A DNA stretch of 64,000 nucleotides from Parasitella parasitica NRRL 2501 (lineage: Eukaryota; Fungi; Mucoromycota): assembly GCA_025201805.1 (NCBI GenBank), contig MU619237.1, positions 303,552-367,551 of the forward strand, in the 5' to 3' direction. The notes beneath the pieces were generated by a model. That model worked only from the letters and a program-made list of their open reading frames with translations. It was not told the DNA's origin and made no database searches. Positions within the stretch are counted from its first letter, which is position 1; each line of letters starts with the position of its first letter. This document shows positions 24,854 through 39,100 of this stretch, piece by piece. A program made the translations under genes and the position numbers.

Positions 24854-25856
24854 ATGAACAGAAAAACAAATGCTACGCCGTTGCCAGTAAAGGTGTACAA
24901 CTCAGAGACACTGTACACTCGCTTGATTCAACTACTTTTACAGATATGCTCAATAAAGCCATCACCTAACCCTGGTCATACTGGAATTTTTATGGAATTT
25001 GGAAGATTTGTTTGGGTTCAGAAAGGCCAAGGTAAATTATACAATTCTGGCTTTTTTGGCAAAGGCGACTTATCAAGAAGTGAGCCTACATGGTTCAAGA
25101 GAACTGTTGAGCAAAACAAGAATTCTTTGGAAGAGATTACAGTTGAAAGAAGGAGGAAAAGACGCCAAAAAAACATCAGTGGCGAGGCGGCAGAAAATTT
25201 TGATACATTAACATGTAACGAGCTGCTCGAATTAACGTCCCATACCGATGTCGAGAACTTTCAGCTAGATTTATACGAAGCATTCTTTCTTGTGTATGCT
25301 TTAAACGCATTGTCAGTAATTCACATGGCGAGGCGGGTAATTGTGTTTTGCACAAGATCACAATTACTATGAATGCCAATGCACCTCTTTTTATCTTTGT
25401 AGATGCCAATGACTATCGCAGATTGCTGGTCTACTTTTTGCAGCAGTAGCCCCTTGTTTCACACACACTATGTTGTATACCACTTTTACCGCAGTTTAGG
25501 CTGGATTCCCAAAAGTGGGACCAAATTTGGCGTTGATTTTGGTAAATCGTGGCCGTAATCGACGTATAGAATATAATTATTAATATCTGATTCTAGTCTT
25601 ATATCAGTCTGGACCTTCTTTCCGACATGCCGATTACGCTGTTATTGTTATTCCATTAGTGAGCGATAAAATAGAAGAACCCAGATCTTGGGATTGGCTA
25701 TTACGATTAAACAGAATCTGCACCCAAGTGAAAAAGACGCTTATGCTGTGCTATGTCTTGATGCCCAACGAGACAGCTACGTGTCAAAATTTAGATGAAT
25801 ACCGTATTCAACAAGTGATATATAAAAGGTGGTCTCCACAAAAGAACAGAGAATGA
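24854..25856 (+). CDS. SEN2: tRNA-splicing endonuclease subunit Sen2 (3 exons)
   Basis: 'GFFGKGDLSRSEPTW', 'ENFQLDLYEAFFL', 'YHFYRSLGWIPKSGTKFGVDFVLYQSGPSFRHADY', 'RWSPQKNRE'. Confidence 0.92.
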
Positions 25857-26939
25857 TTTAGAGAAATAAAAAGGACGTCTAGAACAAGACAGACTGTAGC
25901 AGCATTTATTAACTTGATTCATGCATCTTCTTACCATTTTCGTCTTTAAAATGTAAATGCTGCACGTGAAGATGCCATTGATAAACGTTTTCTTACAGCT
26001 GTCTTGTAATATAGCCATCCAGGTCCACTCCTGACTTGATTTGCCTAAAGAATGTCATTTGTGAATGAAAATACGCGGACAAGGGCTTACTTGCAAACGT
26101 GAGTGACATGAAACAGTACAATGACATTACTTTTTATGATAGCTATAAAACGTACGTTAATGAAATGAAGAAGAGCATGGTAAGATTATACATATTCATT
26201 TCTCCTCTTTACAGCATTGAGAAGTATTTTTATCCCACTCCTTTCTTCTATAGTCGTCCTCCTGTCACTCTCCTCCCCCCTCCCCTCTTTACCACAGGCT
26301 CCCCTTTTTCTGATCAACTTGCATTGAAATAACACTTTGATTGTTGCTACAACCTCTTGTCTTTTCAAAACCCATGCTGGTTTCGTAGTAAAACAAAATC
26401 ATTTTTCATACAGTGCATGCAAATCTTTTGTCGATTTCTTAGGCTAAAATATCTATGCAAATCGTTAACGAAAGAAACAAATCGCTTTGTTAACAGTTTA
26501 ACGAGCTCATAAAATATTTCTTTGTTCAATTTCCTCTTTCAGACATGTATCACAAAGATGAGCATGGATGGACTGCAGCTGGGTAAAACGAATCAAAACA
26601 CCATGAATTCAACAGCATTTGGAATTATAAGGGAGCTTACTATTCTAATACCATTTCGTATACTTAGACATTAAATACGTACAATAGATACAGTATATAA
26701 TGAATAATTTCATAAATGCACTAATGAGCAACGGGAGTCGTATATTGGTCAAATATTGTGGAAGAAAAGGGGGGGGGAGGGAAAGAGTTATTCAACTATC
26801 AGCTTGAAACATTTCAAGCTGCAATCTGCAATCAGTATTTAATGGGGTCCTTCCTACTCGAGTAACGAGCCACCATTGCCGTTTAAACTGAGGCAAATCA
26901 TAGTTATATAAAAGAGCATCGCTTTTCCTTCCTGATTCT

Positions 26940-26973
<34 letters not shown>

Positions 26974-27010
26974 CTTTTTGCATTCGACATATCTTCCAAG
27001 CCGGCACAAA

Positions 27011-28250
27011 ATGGTTCAATTTGCTATCTTCAGCACTATTGCTGCTTCCATGGTCCTTGTGGCTGCCATTCCCATCGACGGGTCAGAATATGCCACCAGT
27101 ACATTTAAAAGGGCCACTACCTCTTCAAATGGTATTCTCTCGACTTCATCTCCTGCCTACCTTCCAAAATTCAAATTTAAGGGCAGTAAGCCTAGACTGT
27201 TACATCCTGTTCCAACGGGCCCCATTACCAAAAAATCCTCTCTCGATGCTAGCAAGTACCCACAAGCATGGACACAGCCTGATATCAATCATCCTGAAGT
27301 TAGAGCTGCTATCAGAGCCATTAATTGGAACTATGTTCCTAAATTCAGTCCTCGTGCTGACGACATGCCGTACGATGTGGCCACAGATGAAGCTTGCTGG
27401 TGGACAAGGACTCAGTGTACTACTGTTAAAGCAAGATATTTGCCCAACGATGTCAAATTTTGTCCCAAAGTTGGTGATTTTGGCCTGGTAAGATTACACA
27501 GACATATGTGTGCATACATGGGTGTATTAACCCTATATTTATTATCCAGACTTACGACGATGGGCCATTACTTCCTACTAGTGAAAATGACCCATGGGCC
27601 GAGCCTCGTCTTTATAATTTTCTTGCGTCTCAAAAGCAAACTGCCACCCTGTTTTGTAAGTAGCGCACATTCACTTGGTTTTAGTGCTTGATTATTGACT
27701 CATTACTATTTTAGATGTCGGGTCTAATGTTGTCGGCTTTCCTGAGGCTGCTGTCCGTGCCATCGAATCTGGTCACACCATATGCGCACATACTTGGTCT
27801 CATCCTAAAATGACATCTCTTACCAATTATGAAATTGTTGCCCAATTGTACTGGAATTTGCGTGCTATTAAAGAAGCTGCTGGTGTCACACCTCGTTGCT
27901 GGAGACCTCCTTATGGCGATGTTGATGATCGCGTGCGTGCGATTGCTCATCAAATGGGTATGGCTACCATTCTGTGGGATGTCGACTCGTTTGATTGGGG
28001 CCTGCCTTCAGTCGCCAATGGTTTTGCTGGCACCTACACACAAGAGACTATTGATGGCTTCTTTAACGAATGGATCTCAAACCGCAAAAATGGCAGAGAC
28101 ACTCATGGCCACGTTGTCCTAGAGCATGAAACCAGTAATATGACTATTGCCACTACTGAAAAATGGCTCCCCAAGCTGAAGGAGGTTTTCAATGTAAAGA
28201 AGGTGCATGATTGTGCTCCTCAGCTTCGTCGCCCTTACTGGGAATCTTAG
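27011..28250 (+). CDS. Secreted chitin deacetylase (CE4/NodB), 3 exons
   Basis: Signal peptide; spliced 'GLTYDDGP', 'HTWSH', 'WRPPYGDVDDRVR', 'LEHE'. Confidence 0.93.
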
Positions 28251-28549
28251 ATATTAGATATAAAATATACCTTTAATAAAATCATCATGTGTATCATAGC
28301 GTAGCATAGAAAGCACGCCTCGTTGCGTAATAAGCACTGTCGTTAAGGCATTAACATGTGGTTGCGCTAATTTCTTCTCCAGATGGAATGTATTTCTTGC
28401 CATGATCTTCATCTTCAATGACACTACTAGGTCTACCGTATAATGCAGCCAGTGACTGTTGAGCAAGCAGTTGAAGAATAATTTTGCATCTCCTAGAATA
28501 GAACAGCCTACTCTTGTTTGTTCTATATATCATTAAAAAAAAAAAAGAT

Positions 28550-30459
28550 ATGGATTTATTAGACAATTACGGCTCGAGCGATGACGAGGATAATGTGCAA
28601 ACTACCAAAGACACCACCCAGCCGTCTGCTGTGAAAATCAACGCAGCACCAGATACCGGCTTTGACGTAAATATCTATTCTGAATACATGTATAACTGCA
28701 TGCATACTCATCTCCATCATAGGATCATGGCTCAGGCAACTTGTATACAGCACCAACAGCAACAGAATTGATTGTCAACGTGCCCTACGATGATATGAAC
28801 AGACCTGTATTGGGGCCTGAAAACCCTTTCACAGATCGCCGTTTAGCAACTCAAAACGTAATCAATGGACATGTTGAAACGCAGGCTATATCTGAAATCG
28901 ACTTTAGAACACAACACCGTACTTTTGAGACATATGGATATGCGCGCGATCCGTCACTCAACACTGCCACTAATCTTGCGGGCCAAACAGGTCAAGGTTT
29001 GATGGGAACTGGATATGTCGGGAATCTCGCTTTGGCAGCAGAATTGGGAGGAGCGTCTATTCTTGACAGAGTCAACCGCAATTTAAGACCTAATAAAGAC
29101 GCCAAAAAGAAACGTGACAAGAAAGGCGATTTGGATCAGGTGGATGGCCCTAACGCGTATAAGGGCCCGTGGGCTGGTTATGAGGACGACAATGTTGGTA
29201 TTCCTACAGGTTTGGACGAGGAGCAGATGGAAGAGGTGAAGGCTCTCCAAGCCCCTCCAAAGTCGGCATTTTCTGTCAAAAATATTGCCCAAGAAACAAA
29301 CACAGAAAGCACGATTTTCCATGGTGCTTCAGAGCGTGATTATTTGGGTCGTACATACATGGCAGTGCCTCAAGACATCGACACCAATCTGTTTGGCGAG
29401 TCAGGTTCTCAGGAATGCTTTGTTCCTAAAAAGCTGATTCACACATGGGAGGGCCATGAAAAGGGCGTGTCAAGTATCAAGTTTTTCCCTAAATCTGCGC
29501 ATCTTTTGCTTAGTGGTGGCATGGATAATCAGATCAAGGTATTGGCTAGTACAATGTGGTGCGAGAATAGTTAGACTAACAGGGGGGGGGCTTTTAGATC
29601 TGGGATGTGTATCACGACAAAAGCCTCTTACGTTCATACCATGGTCATACTAAAGCAGTGAGAGATATTGCCTTTAACAACGACGGCACCAAATTCCTCA
29701 GTGCAAGCTACGATCGCAGTGTCAAATTATGGGATACTGAAACTGGACAGTGCATTCGTACCTTTTCAACAGGCAGACTACCTTATTGCGTTACATTCAA
29801 TCCAGATCAAGATAAAAATAACGTCTTTTTGGCTGGTTACTCTGACAAAAAGATTGTCCAATTTGATTCAAATACAGGCGAGATCACACAAGAATACGAC
29901 CAGCATTTGGGTGCAGTGAATACAATTACTTTTGTCGATGACAACCGTCGTTTCATTACTACGTCAGATGATAAAACTATGCGTGCATGGGAATACGACA
30001 TCCCCGTTGTCATCAAGTATATCGCTGAGCCTGATATGTATGCTATCCCTGCTGCGACACTATCGCCCAACAGTAAGTCTATTGTGTCAAATGTTGGTAG
30101 CATCTTTTTTTTCAAACTCATTCATCCACCCTTTAGAAAAGTGGCTTGCCTGTCAGTCTTTGGATAATCAGATCTTGATCTACGGTGCTCGTGATAAGTT
30201 TAGATTGAATAGAAAAAAGCGATTTGCCGGTCATCTTATTGCTGGCTACGCTTGTAAACCTGGATTTTCGCCTGATGGTAGATTTATTAGCAGTGGCGAT
30301 TCTAATGGAAATATCTGGTTCTGGGATTGGAAGACTTGCAAGATTTTAAAGAAGCTCAAGGCCCACAACAAGGTCGTCATGTGTACTGAATGGAACCCTC
30401 ATGAGACATCCAAACTAGCTACATGTAGTTGGGATGGTTTAATCAAGTATTGGGATTAA
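28550..30459 (+). CDS. CDC40: Pre-mRNA-processing factor 17 (WD40), 4 exons
   Basis: 'DYLGRTYM', '[14 protein letters not shown]', '[15 protein letters not shown]', '[10 protein letters not shown]', 'CQSLDNQI', '[12 protein letters not shown]'. Confidence 0.95.
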
Positions 30460-30663
30460 TATGTCCTTTTGTTTGCCTACATTTGTAATAAAAAAAAGTA
30501 GAAAGCTAAAATTTATTACTTTTGATTTGTACATGTGTTGAAATATTGCAATAGATGCTTATTTTCGCATAGATCACTGCTGAATATAAGATATGTACAG
30601 AGGAGGTTTGATTTCATATCAAGAGTGTAAAGCGTCTAAAAAATGTTTATTTTATAATCCTTT

Positions 30664-32882
30664 TCAAGCGGCACCGCCGTCTCGCACTTTATTTTCTTTG
30701 GCGAGGCCCATGGTAGTCAAGAAAACAACAGTATCTTTGTATTCTTGTTTTTGACGAGAAGTGTCCCACTTCAGCTCTTCGGCCATTATCTCAATGACTC
30801 GAGGGAGCGCTCCTAAAGCAGCCTCTGCATTCAAGAAAGCTAGACGGGTACGACGGGCTAAAACGTCAACAGCAGTACAGGCAAGCTCTTGTCTCACAGC
30901 ATATCTCACTTCGGCTTCAATGTAAGGATAATTGGGTGAAATACGGTTACCATATTTAGGCCAGCTAGCAGACGTAGGGTCTTCGATAGACGCAACATCC
31001 CAAGCCTTGAAACCAAAGCTTCTTGCGAGATGTCCAGCAACTTCAGTGTCCATGCCAAATTCCTGCACCAAGCGGATAAACATGGTGCTGCTGTATCCCT
31101 TGGCGCCAATCAATTGAACATGTTCAGTATCACATTTACTGGCAGGTTTGAGATTGAAGACTTCAATTGCACGGTCAACAGTTTCTTCTGCCATAGCACG
31201 GTAGGTTGTCCATTTACCGCCTGCGATAGTGATGAGCTTATTTTCGCTGACATTGATCATGTGATTGCGAACAAGAGATTCTGTGTTTTTGGCATGGGGA
31301 TCACGAACCAAGGGACGGATACCAGACCAGGCAGCAAGAACATCGCTACGGCGTACCTTGACGTCTGATAATGGCATGGTTAATTGATTGGTATATCGCA
31401 GCAGCAAATTGCAAATTACCTGCACTCAGGTAATGGGATACCTCGTCCAAGATCCAGTTAATTTCGTCTTCTTTGGGCATTGGGTTTTGAGTAACCTCGG
31501 TAGGGGAGTCTTGTATGCAATGTTAATTGTTCTGATCACCATATACGTAATATGCTTAAATTGGCCTACCTGTGGTACCAGCAATGGTGTTACCCTGCCA
31601 TGGCAGAAAAAAGATAACACGCCCATCACTCGTTGCTGGATCCAGCAAGCCCATGTTCCTAGGGCTGTAGTAGTTGGGGAGGATAATGTGAACGCCGGCA
31701 GATGGGGCGACAATCTCCAGGTTTTCAGCGTTATCCATCTTTCGAAGACCATCAGTAAAAGGACCAGTTGCGTTGATCACGCCCTTTGCTCTGACAGTCC
31801 ATTCATCACCAGTGAGATTGTCTCTTAATTGAGCACCATTTACGATACCATCCTTATCCTTGGTCAAGTTTACAACTTCACAATGATTGGCAACAGTGGC
31901 GCCATAGCAAGCGGCTGTCATTGCCAATGCAACGTTCATTCTTGCATCATTATGCTGACCTACAAATAATAGAAATAGTTTGTTTCTGGAATCTCCGTAA
32001 AATGTCTGAACAAAAATGCTTACCGTCATAATAAACCAAAGCACCAACTAATTCGTCTTTTTTCAGCATGGGAAATGCCTCCAATGCTTTGGAGCGGGTT
32101 AAAAAGTAACTACTTTCTAATGCTTCGCGACCAGCAAACATGTCGTACATCTTACAGCCAACCCAGTAATAAGGGATTTGCCACCATCTAAGACGCAGAT
32201 AAAGGTTTAGCTATCCCGCCCTCGGGAAAATTGGGATAAGCAACTTACTTATAAACTGGAAGCATGATAGGTAATTGATCAGAGAGATGAGGTGCAATAT
32301 CCAAGAAAATCTTTCTTTCATGGAGGGCTTCACATACGAGAGCATATTGCTCGTAATCGAGCTCCATAATTGCCTTTTGTAAATAACGCACACCACCATG
32401 AACTAATTTTGTAGATCTAGATGAAGTGCCTGAGTAGGACGTTTAGCACCACCAAATCCAACGTATATTTTTCACTATACTTTACCAGATGCAAAATCAT
32501 CTCTTTCGACCATTGCTACATTTAGTCCACGAGTTGCAGCATCAACTGAAACACCAGCACCAGTAGCACCGCCGCCAACAATAAGCAGATCAAAGGGTTG
32601 TTTGGTATTGTCTTTTAATCTGTTAATCATCTCTTCACGTGAAGGTGTGTTCCAAAAATCACGCTGATGGCCCTCTTGGTGTTCCTGGAGTGCTTCAGCA
32701 AAAGCCTTGTTCCTTGTAAATAAAGGTGGTAGATTGGAGGTCTTTTCTTGAAGCTGAATTGTCTTTTTGTAAATATTACTGTTGATAGACTTTTCGTTCA
32801 TGTAATATGCGAAACTGGCTGTAGCAGCAGTAGCAGATACTACGGTCATGAGCTTTTGTGATTTTGTTAAATGTCTCCACAT
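30664..32882 (-). CDS. GUT2: Mitochondrial FAD-dependent glycerol-3-phosphate dehydrogenase
   Basis: 'FDLLIVGGGATGAGVSVDAATRGL', 'GTSSRSTKLVHGGVRYL', 'INATGPFTD', 'SGIRPL', 'AGGKWTTYRAMAE', 'DVLARRTRL'. Confidence 0.95.
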
Positions 32883-35800
32883 TGAACTTGTACGAAAAAT
32901 AAAAGGCAATGAAAAGGAATAAAAGATACTCCTTTGGCTTGATTTCCATAATTTATAAAACTATTTTGTTGTGCTGACATTGAGTGGCTGGGGGTGTATT
33001 TTGGACTTGTGGGACCTATCTAAATGCGATGAATAAAGGCTATTGATTTGTGCTCCGGGGAATTTGCGGCAAATTAGAACATGTCCCCTTTTTTCCGTTG
33101 TTAACAGATGAATCCCGCTTGCCTTCATTTTCTTTTGCGTGCATACGGTACAGCTGCTGTGTGAGATTGTAATACATTTGTTTGCGTGTGGTTTATGTAA
33201 CATGTACACAATAGTATCTACTTGTAAAAAAAAAAAAACAGAAAGCGTTTATCGTAGTTAAAACCCTGTTTCCTATAAAAGAATAGTGTCTTCATCTTGC
33301 GGGACTGAAACCAAATAAGTCTAGATGATAAATATTCAACATTTGTTTTCAATGAGTGAAAACAAATTGAAGTTTTTGCAACAAAGTCCTAAATACTCAA
33401 AATTAATGCAAAAGGAAGTTTATAAAAGTCTAAAAACATATACAAGTTATTGCTCACATCATCAGTTTATGATAGTTGCTTTGCCTGATTTCTCGGTATC
33501 CAAATACTTTGATTTGTCTATAATATGACTGATGTAGAATCATCGTCATAATATAAATGAGTGAATGAGCCAATGATTTGGTGTAGGGCAGGAATCTTGA
33601 AATCTTTTTTCAACAAAACTATTACTTTGTAGCTTGAAACTAACAAAACACACACGCAGGCAAGTATTGTATTAAAATATTTATCGGTCTCAAATAAATA
33701 AGTTTTATATTTTTTGTATCTCCTGTATCTTGCTTCTACTTAGATTGGATCGTTTGATTACTATTTGAAACGTGTTTGTTGCCTTTGTTGTTTGTAAACA
33801 TTTATGCATTGACGTCTCATCAGGTTGTCAGATTAACATTGATCTCCGCTTAAGGGGAATCCTTTTCATCAAGCATGCCGCAATGTTACTGCACTCAAGG
33901 CATATGGCCTTGCGATTCAATTGAGAACCAATAGCAGTATATTAAACTATTAAATGGGTTCAGTAAGCTAGCAACCTAACTGTACTAAGTGATAAATATT
34001 TATTTTGCACTTTTTGTAATAATTAGCATGTAGAATTAGGACAATTTATTTAGGCCGATGTGTTAGATTTTAACTTTACTTTAGAAACTAATACTTGTAA
34101 TCAGGGATTATTGAGAAGTGAGAAAAATTGCCAGTCTTTGTTATTGATGAGCAATGATAGCTACAATTACTTCAGATTAGCTTGTAGATATTGGAAGGGT
34201 TCTAATGTAAGTGGTATGAAAGTTGAAAAATCTGCAACGAATATACCAATGTGCAAATCTTGCCATGGCACACGTTTACAAGAATTTCGGTCTCACCAAC
34301 AATTCTTAAATATTAATTTAAAGGAAGTAATCAGGACAACTCCAGCTTGAATAATAAGGGTAATAGTCCCATCTTGACATCAATAGAAGAATTCTTTCAC
34401 ATTATATTCTTAGCTGCCATTGTTTATATCTCAACTTCTTGATACCCTCCTCCTCCCCCCGGTGATTTATTAGGATGGGACATATTATAGAAATAACAGT
34501 TAGTGGATATAGGTTTTTTCTCATATAAAAATTTGAATAATGCGCTGCGATCAGCATCTTAGTTGAATGAGTTTTCCTTACTCTGGTTGTTATTAAAAGC
34601 GTGTGAAATACAATAAATTACTTTGCAATTTACCTCTTGTTTTTATCATACATCGAAGAACAGGATTTATTTGAAGTTTTAATTTGACTTCGTTGAGATA
34701 TATACATGTTATTACAGTAGTAGTTTTGAAAGTTTTTGTGTTTACGGCTATTTGAAAAATGTAAATGAATAGGAATCATACAAACAAAATCAAAAGCAGA
34801 TGCTAATAGCCTAGACATTTTATGGTATTGTTTGGGAAAAGGTCAAGGCTGGATAACGAATTTTGATGATTTCGACATTCAATCTGATATTTATATAAGT
34901 GATTTAGTCAAAAACACACAAACTTTCTGTAATCAAATAAATGTATAAAACTTTTTTAATTATTATAAATGTCAAATGAGATACAAAACAATAAAGATCA
35001 TCCTTTATCTCTTATGTCAAATTTTTTATGTATTTATCAAAACCTAACATAAAGCTGACATCTCTGTTAACGACCATTTGAAAAAGCCAAACAAATTTTA
35101 ATATTGTACTAAAAACATGGTTGTTGTGTTCACCCCACTTTGTTATATAAAAAGGATACGAAACAGGAACCGAACATATGTCGCCAAATCAACAACGAGA
35201 TGCATTACGATTATATTTCCCAAATAATGAAGTTCCTAAAAGTCGGTATAGACTTTTATATTGATTCACAAAAAAAAAAAAAATAAAATAAAGTTTAGGT
35301 TTTATGACCAAATCGACAGGTGTCAAAAACTTCAGTTCTACACCTACTGGCCAGGTAAATGAACTATTATATACTTAAGTTATGAATAAATGTTCTACTC
35401 ACGTAATTTATCTTGCACGACAATTTTGATTGATTAGGATCTTAACTTCCAAAATACATCATCATCAGAATTCATCTAAGCATTTATCGGTACACATAGC
35501 ATGTTTATAGCGTGTAATACGGTATGAATATCAACGGCATTACGATAATATCTCCACCAAGAAAAACAAGATCACGTGATTATATTTCAAACTTCGACAC
35601 AAAAAAACCGAAAAACGTTTGAAAGAGACAATGCCCAGTAGAAAGCAAGTTATGCTCAGATAGCGATGATCATGCCTGTATTTATGGCGCATAAGACAGG
35701 GTTTTATTTGATTTTTATGGAAGCGTATAATGGATTATTATATGCAATTCTGATATGTAAATTTGTGATATCATCTGATAAATTTATAAATGTCGATATA

Positions 35801-36166
35801 AACATGGAAGCCAATGTTGTTGCCAGATAGTGCCAAGTCAACGCTAAATTTTCCAAGTTAGATCATGGTTCTACGGTCATTTTAGCCAAAGTTATTAGCA
35901 AATATGTGATGTTTATGATAGATTCAAACTGGTTTTGCAGATAACTTTTGATAGAGACAATCCCGAAGGGAAACCAAGCCAGGTATACTGCTTTTTCAAT
36001 TCGTGGAATGTGATAGTGGTAATATGATTTTAATTCAAAAAAAAAAAAAAATAAGATGTACAGAAGAATAATTTTCGTGAAAGTTAATAATAATAGTAGT
36101 ATAAGAAATATAAAATTGTGTTAAGGAAAGTGCAAGGGGGAAATATATTAATGTTGATGAGAATCA

Positions 36167-39100
36167 TTACTGCTGTAATGAGGGTGGTGGAGGATGATTG
36201 TCAAGCATGTAGTTACCAGGAACAAGGCCTCTTTGACCCGCTTCAACAGGACCTAATCTTTCAGCCTCCCACCAACCGTCCATTTGTTTGTGTAGAATTC
36301 CAACGACTTCATCAGCTTGGAAAGACATTTCTCCTTCAATCTAAAATTTAAAGCCTTGTTAGAAAAAGTGAGATCTTTTATAAAAATGAAAACTTACAGA
36401 AGCTTCAAAAGGCCATTGAGCTTTGGCGAATCCAAGAAATCGACTGGTATTTTGGGGCAAGTTGGAGATATGCTGTTGAGGTAGAGATGCTTGTTGCTGT
36501 GGTTGAAGACTTTGTTGTTGCTGTTGGCCACCACTAACGTTGCTCTTTAAATCAGGTTGTGAAGCTTCATGCAGAGAAGGCTGTTTTTGGTACATGACTT
36601 GTTGACTAAGTGGTCTTGATTGGGGCTGTTGTTGCTGAATATGAGATTGCTGCTGCGTATGAGATAGATCTGGATATTGAGTAAATATAGCGGCAGCAGC
36701 TGCTGCTGCAGATTCTTTCTCCTTCTCTTTCTCCTTCTTCTTTTCCTTTTTATTACCACTAAAGAAGCCTAATGAAAATCTGGCAGTCTTATTTTCCTTT
36801 GATTTAAGAGATGCATCACCACTAAATTGTTTTGCGTTCTTTCCAAGTCGTTTCTTATTCTCTTCAAAATGCTGTTGTTGCTGAAGATGCATTTGCTGCT
36901 GGTGCTGGAATTGCTGTTGATCAGTCATTTTAATGGATGATGATCTAGGCCCGGGCGCACCAGGCTGGTAACCCGGATGTCCATTAGCTTGATAACTGCT
37001 ACTACTGTTTGGCATTGGTGCTCTCACTACATGATTGTCTGTATTGAGTTCCTCTTGCCAAGGTGCAGGACGGATACCACCTTCTTCCATTACATTCTGC
37101 TGGTTGTTGACATAACCACGTATAGGGTTATGATTTATTACATGTGATTGTTGGCGTAATTCAGTGTTTTGTTGAACAGGAGATATTTGTGATTGTTTTC
37201 TACCTTCAGCAATAACCTGTTGGGCAGCATTCTGAGCAACATCGGGTGTAGGTTTTACAGAATTGGGAATTTCAATTGTGAGTGGGACAGATGGTTTATG
37301 TAGTCTAGGATGGTGCTGCGTGTCATTCTGATTATTGTCAGGGTCAATCGCTGCTACATTGACGTCAGCGACGGGAGTATGCTCTGTTGATGGGGCTATC
37401 ACAGGGGCAGTAGCCGAAGGTGGTAGTTGAGAGGTCATGCTGTTACGAGAAGAAGTTGATCCATCAAACATCGTAGCGTTCATTGTCCGAACTGGCAATT
37501 GTTGAGGTCTACGAATAGAAGAAATTACCCATTTCTCATCCTTGGGTGGTAATCGTGGCATTCTATTGTGATATTCTTTCTCGTCATCGTTCTCCTCGTA
37601 ATCCTCTTCATCTTTTTTATTGTCAACCAACTCTTGATTCAAAGAAGAAGGCTTGCTACCTTGTTGTGAGGAGAGAGGCTTTTGTGAGAGTAACAAAGAT
37701 GATGTGCGTACACCGACTACAGGCTTCATATTGGGCACTGTTTCTGGAACTACTTGATTCATTTCATTCGTAGAGGCAGGAGGAGCATCTTTTGTTGTTG
37801 TTATGCTACTATTGTTGCTATTGAAGACAGGATTTGGCATTGGCTTGTATTTTTTATCAACTTCTCTGGTAGAATCATTGCTGGGCATTGATTCGTTTCT
37901 TGCTACTAGATTATCAGAAGGGACGAGGAGAGAAGCCTCAGATGAAAGAGGTGCAAGTTCGACTATACTGTTTGATTTGGTCATGTTTTCAGCGTGATCT
38001 TTGTGTAAATCATATTGACTTGTTGTTCCATCTTCCTTCAAGCCTAGAGCATTGTAAATACTGCCAGAAAAGTCATCAGAGATAGGGTGAGATGATGTAG
38101 TCGATGAGAGCTTCTCTGCTGGCATAGAACGAGCCATCATAATTGGAGATGTAATTTGTTTAGCGCCATTTGTAGTTGAAGAAGAGGTAAATGACTCTCT
38201 CTTATTGCTTGTAACTGATTCTGTCACTACGGGAGTATCTGTAGCGTTTTGGCTAATCCTCTTTTGATTCAAAATTTGCTCTACTTCTTTCATTGCTGTG
38301 TTAACAGGGCCGTTGCTTTGATCTGTTGTATTTGTTACACCAGATAATGGTGGCTGTTGCTGTTGTTGCTGTGAATCTTTTTTATCTACGAATTCCCCCT
38401 TTTCGTTTACCACATTAGACGACAATTGTTGTGGCGACGCAACCATGTTGAATTGTTGATGGACATCATCACTCTGCGGAGTCGTATTCTGTACTTCCAA
38501 TTGCTGAAGCTGGCGATCGACAGATTTCAATTCCTCATCAGGGTTGGTTAAAATAGCGGCAGGAGGATGAGGAGGTAATTTCTTTGAAGCTGTTGATTCA
38601 GAAACTCCACGTGGGATGGCATCACACAGGGAATTTTCTAACGAAGATGATTTGGGCAAAGGGGCTGATAATGGTTGTTCCAAGTTAGTTGAGATGGAAG
38701 CTGCAGCTATTGTCCCCTTAACACTAGGAGCAGCATCAGTAGCATCAGTAGCATCAGTAGCATCAGTAGCATCAGTAACAGCAGTAGCCGAGTGCATGTT
38801 GATTTCAGACATTTGGTTTGATTTGTTATAAAAGACTTCACAAGACATAGGGCCTATCCATACGAAATGACAGATAAGGAAATTGATCAACGAGTATGTT
38901 TATATTACATGTGTACCTGGTATTCTGTTCCCTGTTCCATGATGTTGTACAAAGGCTGTAATATCTTTCTGAACATCTGTGATTTCTAAAGCGGTTCGAA
39001 TTCTGTCACAGCATTCCTCATCAATGCTGAATGTAATAGTCATCATATTGGCAAAAGACCAAAGTGTGCTTCTCAGATAGCTGATCCTCTTCACTTCCAT

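Noticed and set aside
33000-36100. 3-kb AT-rich gap as centromere or ncRNA locus
   Set aside because: No recognisable centromeric motif, LINE flank, tRNA or snRNA signature; treated as promoter/intergenic DNA.
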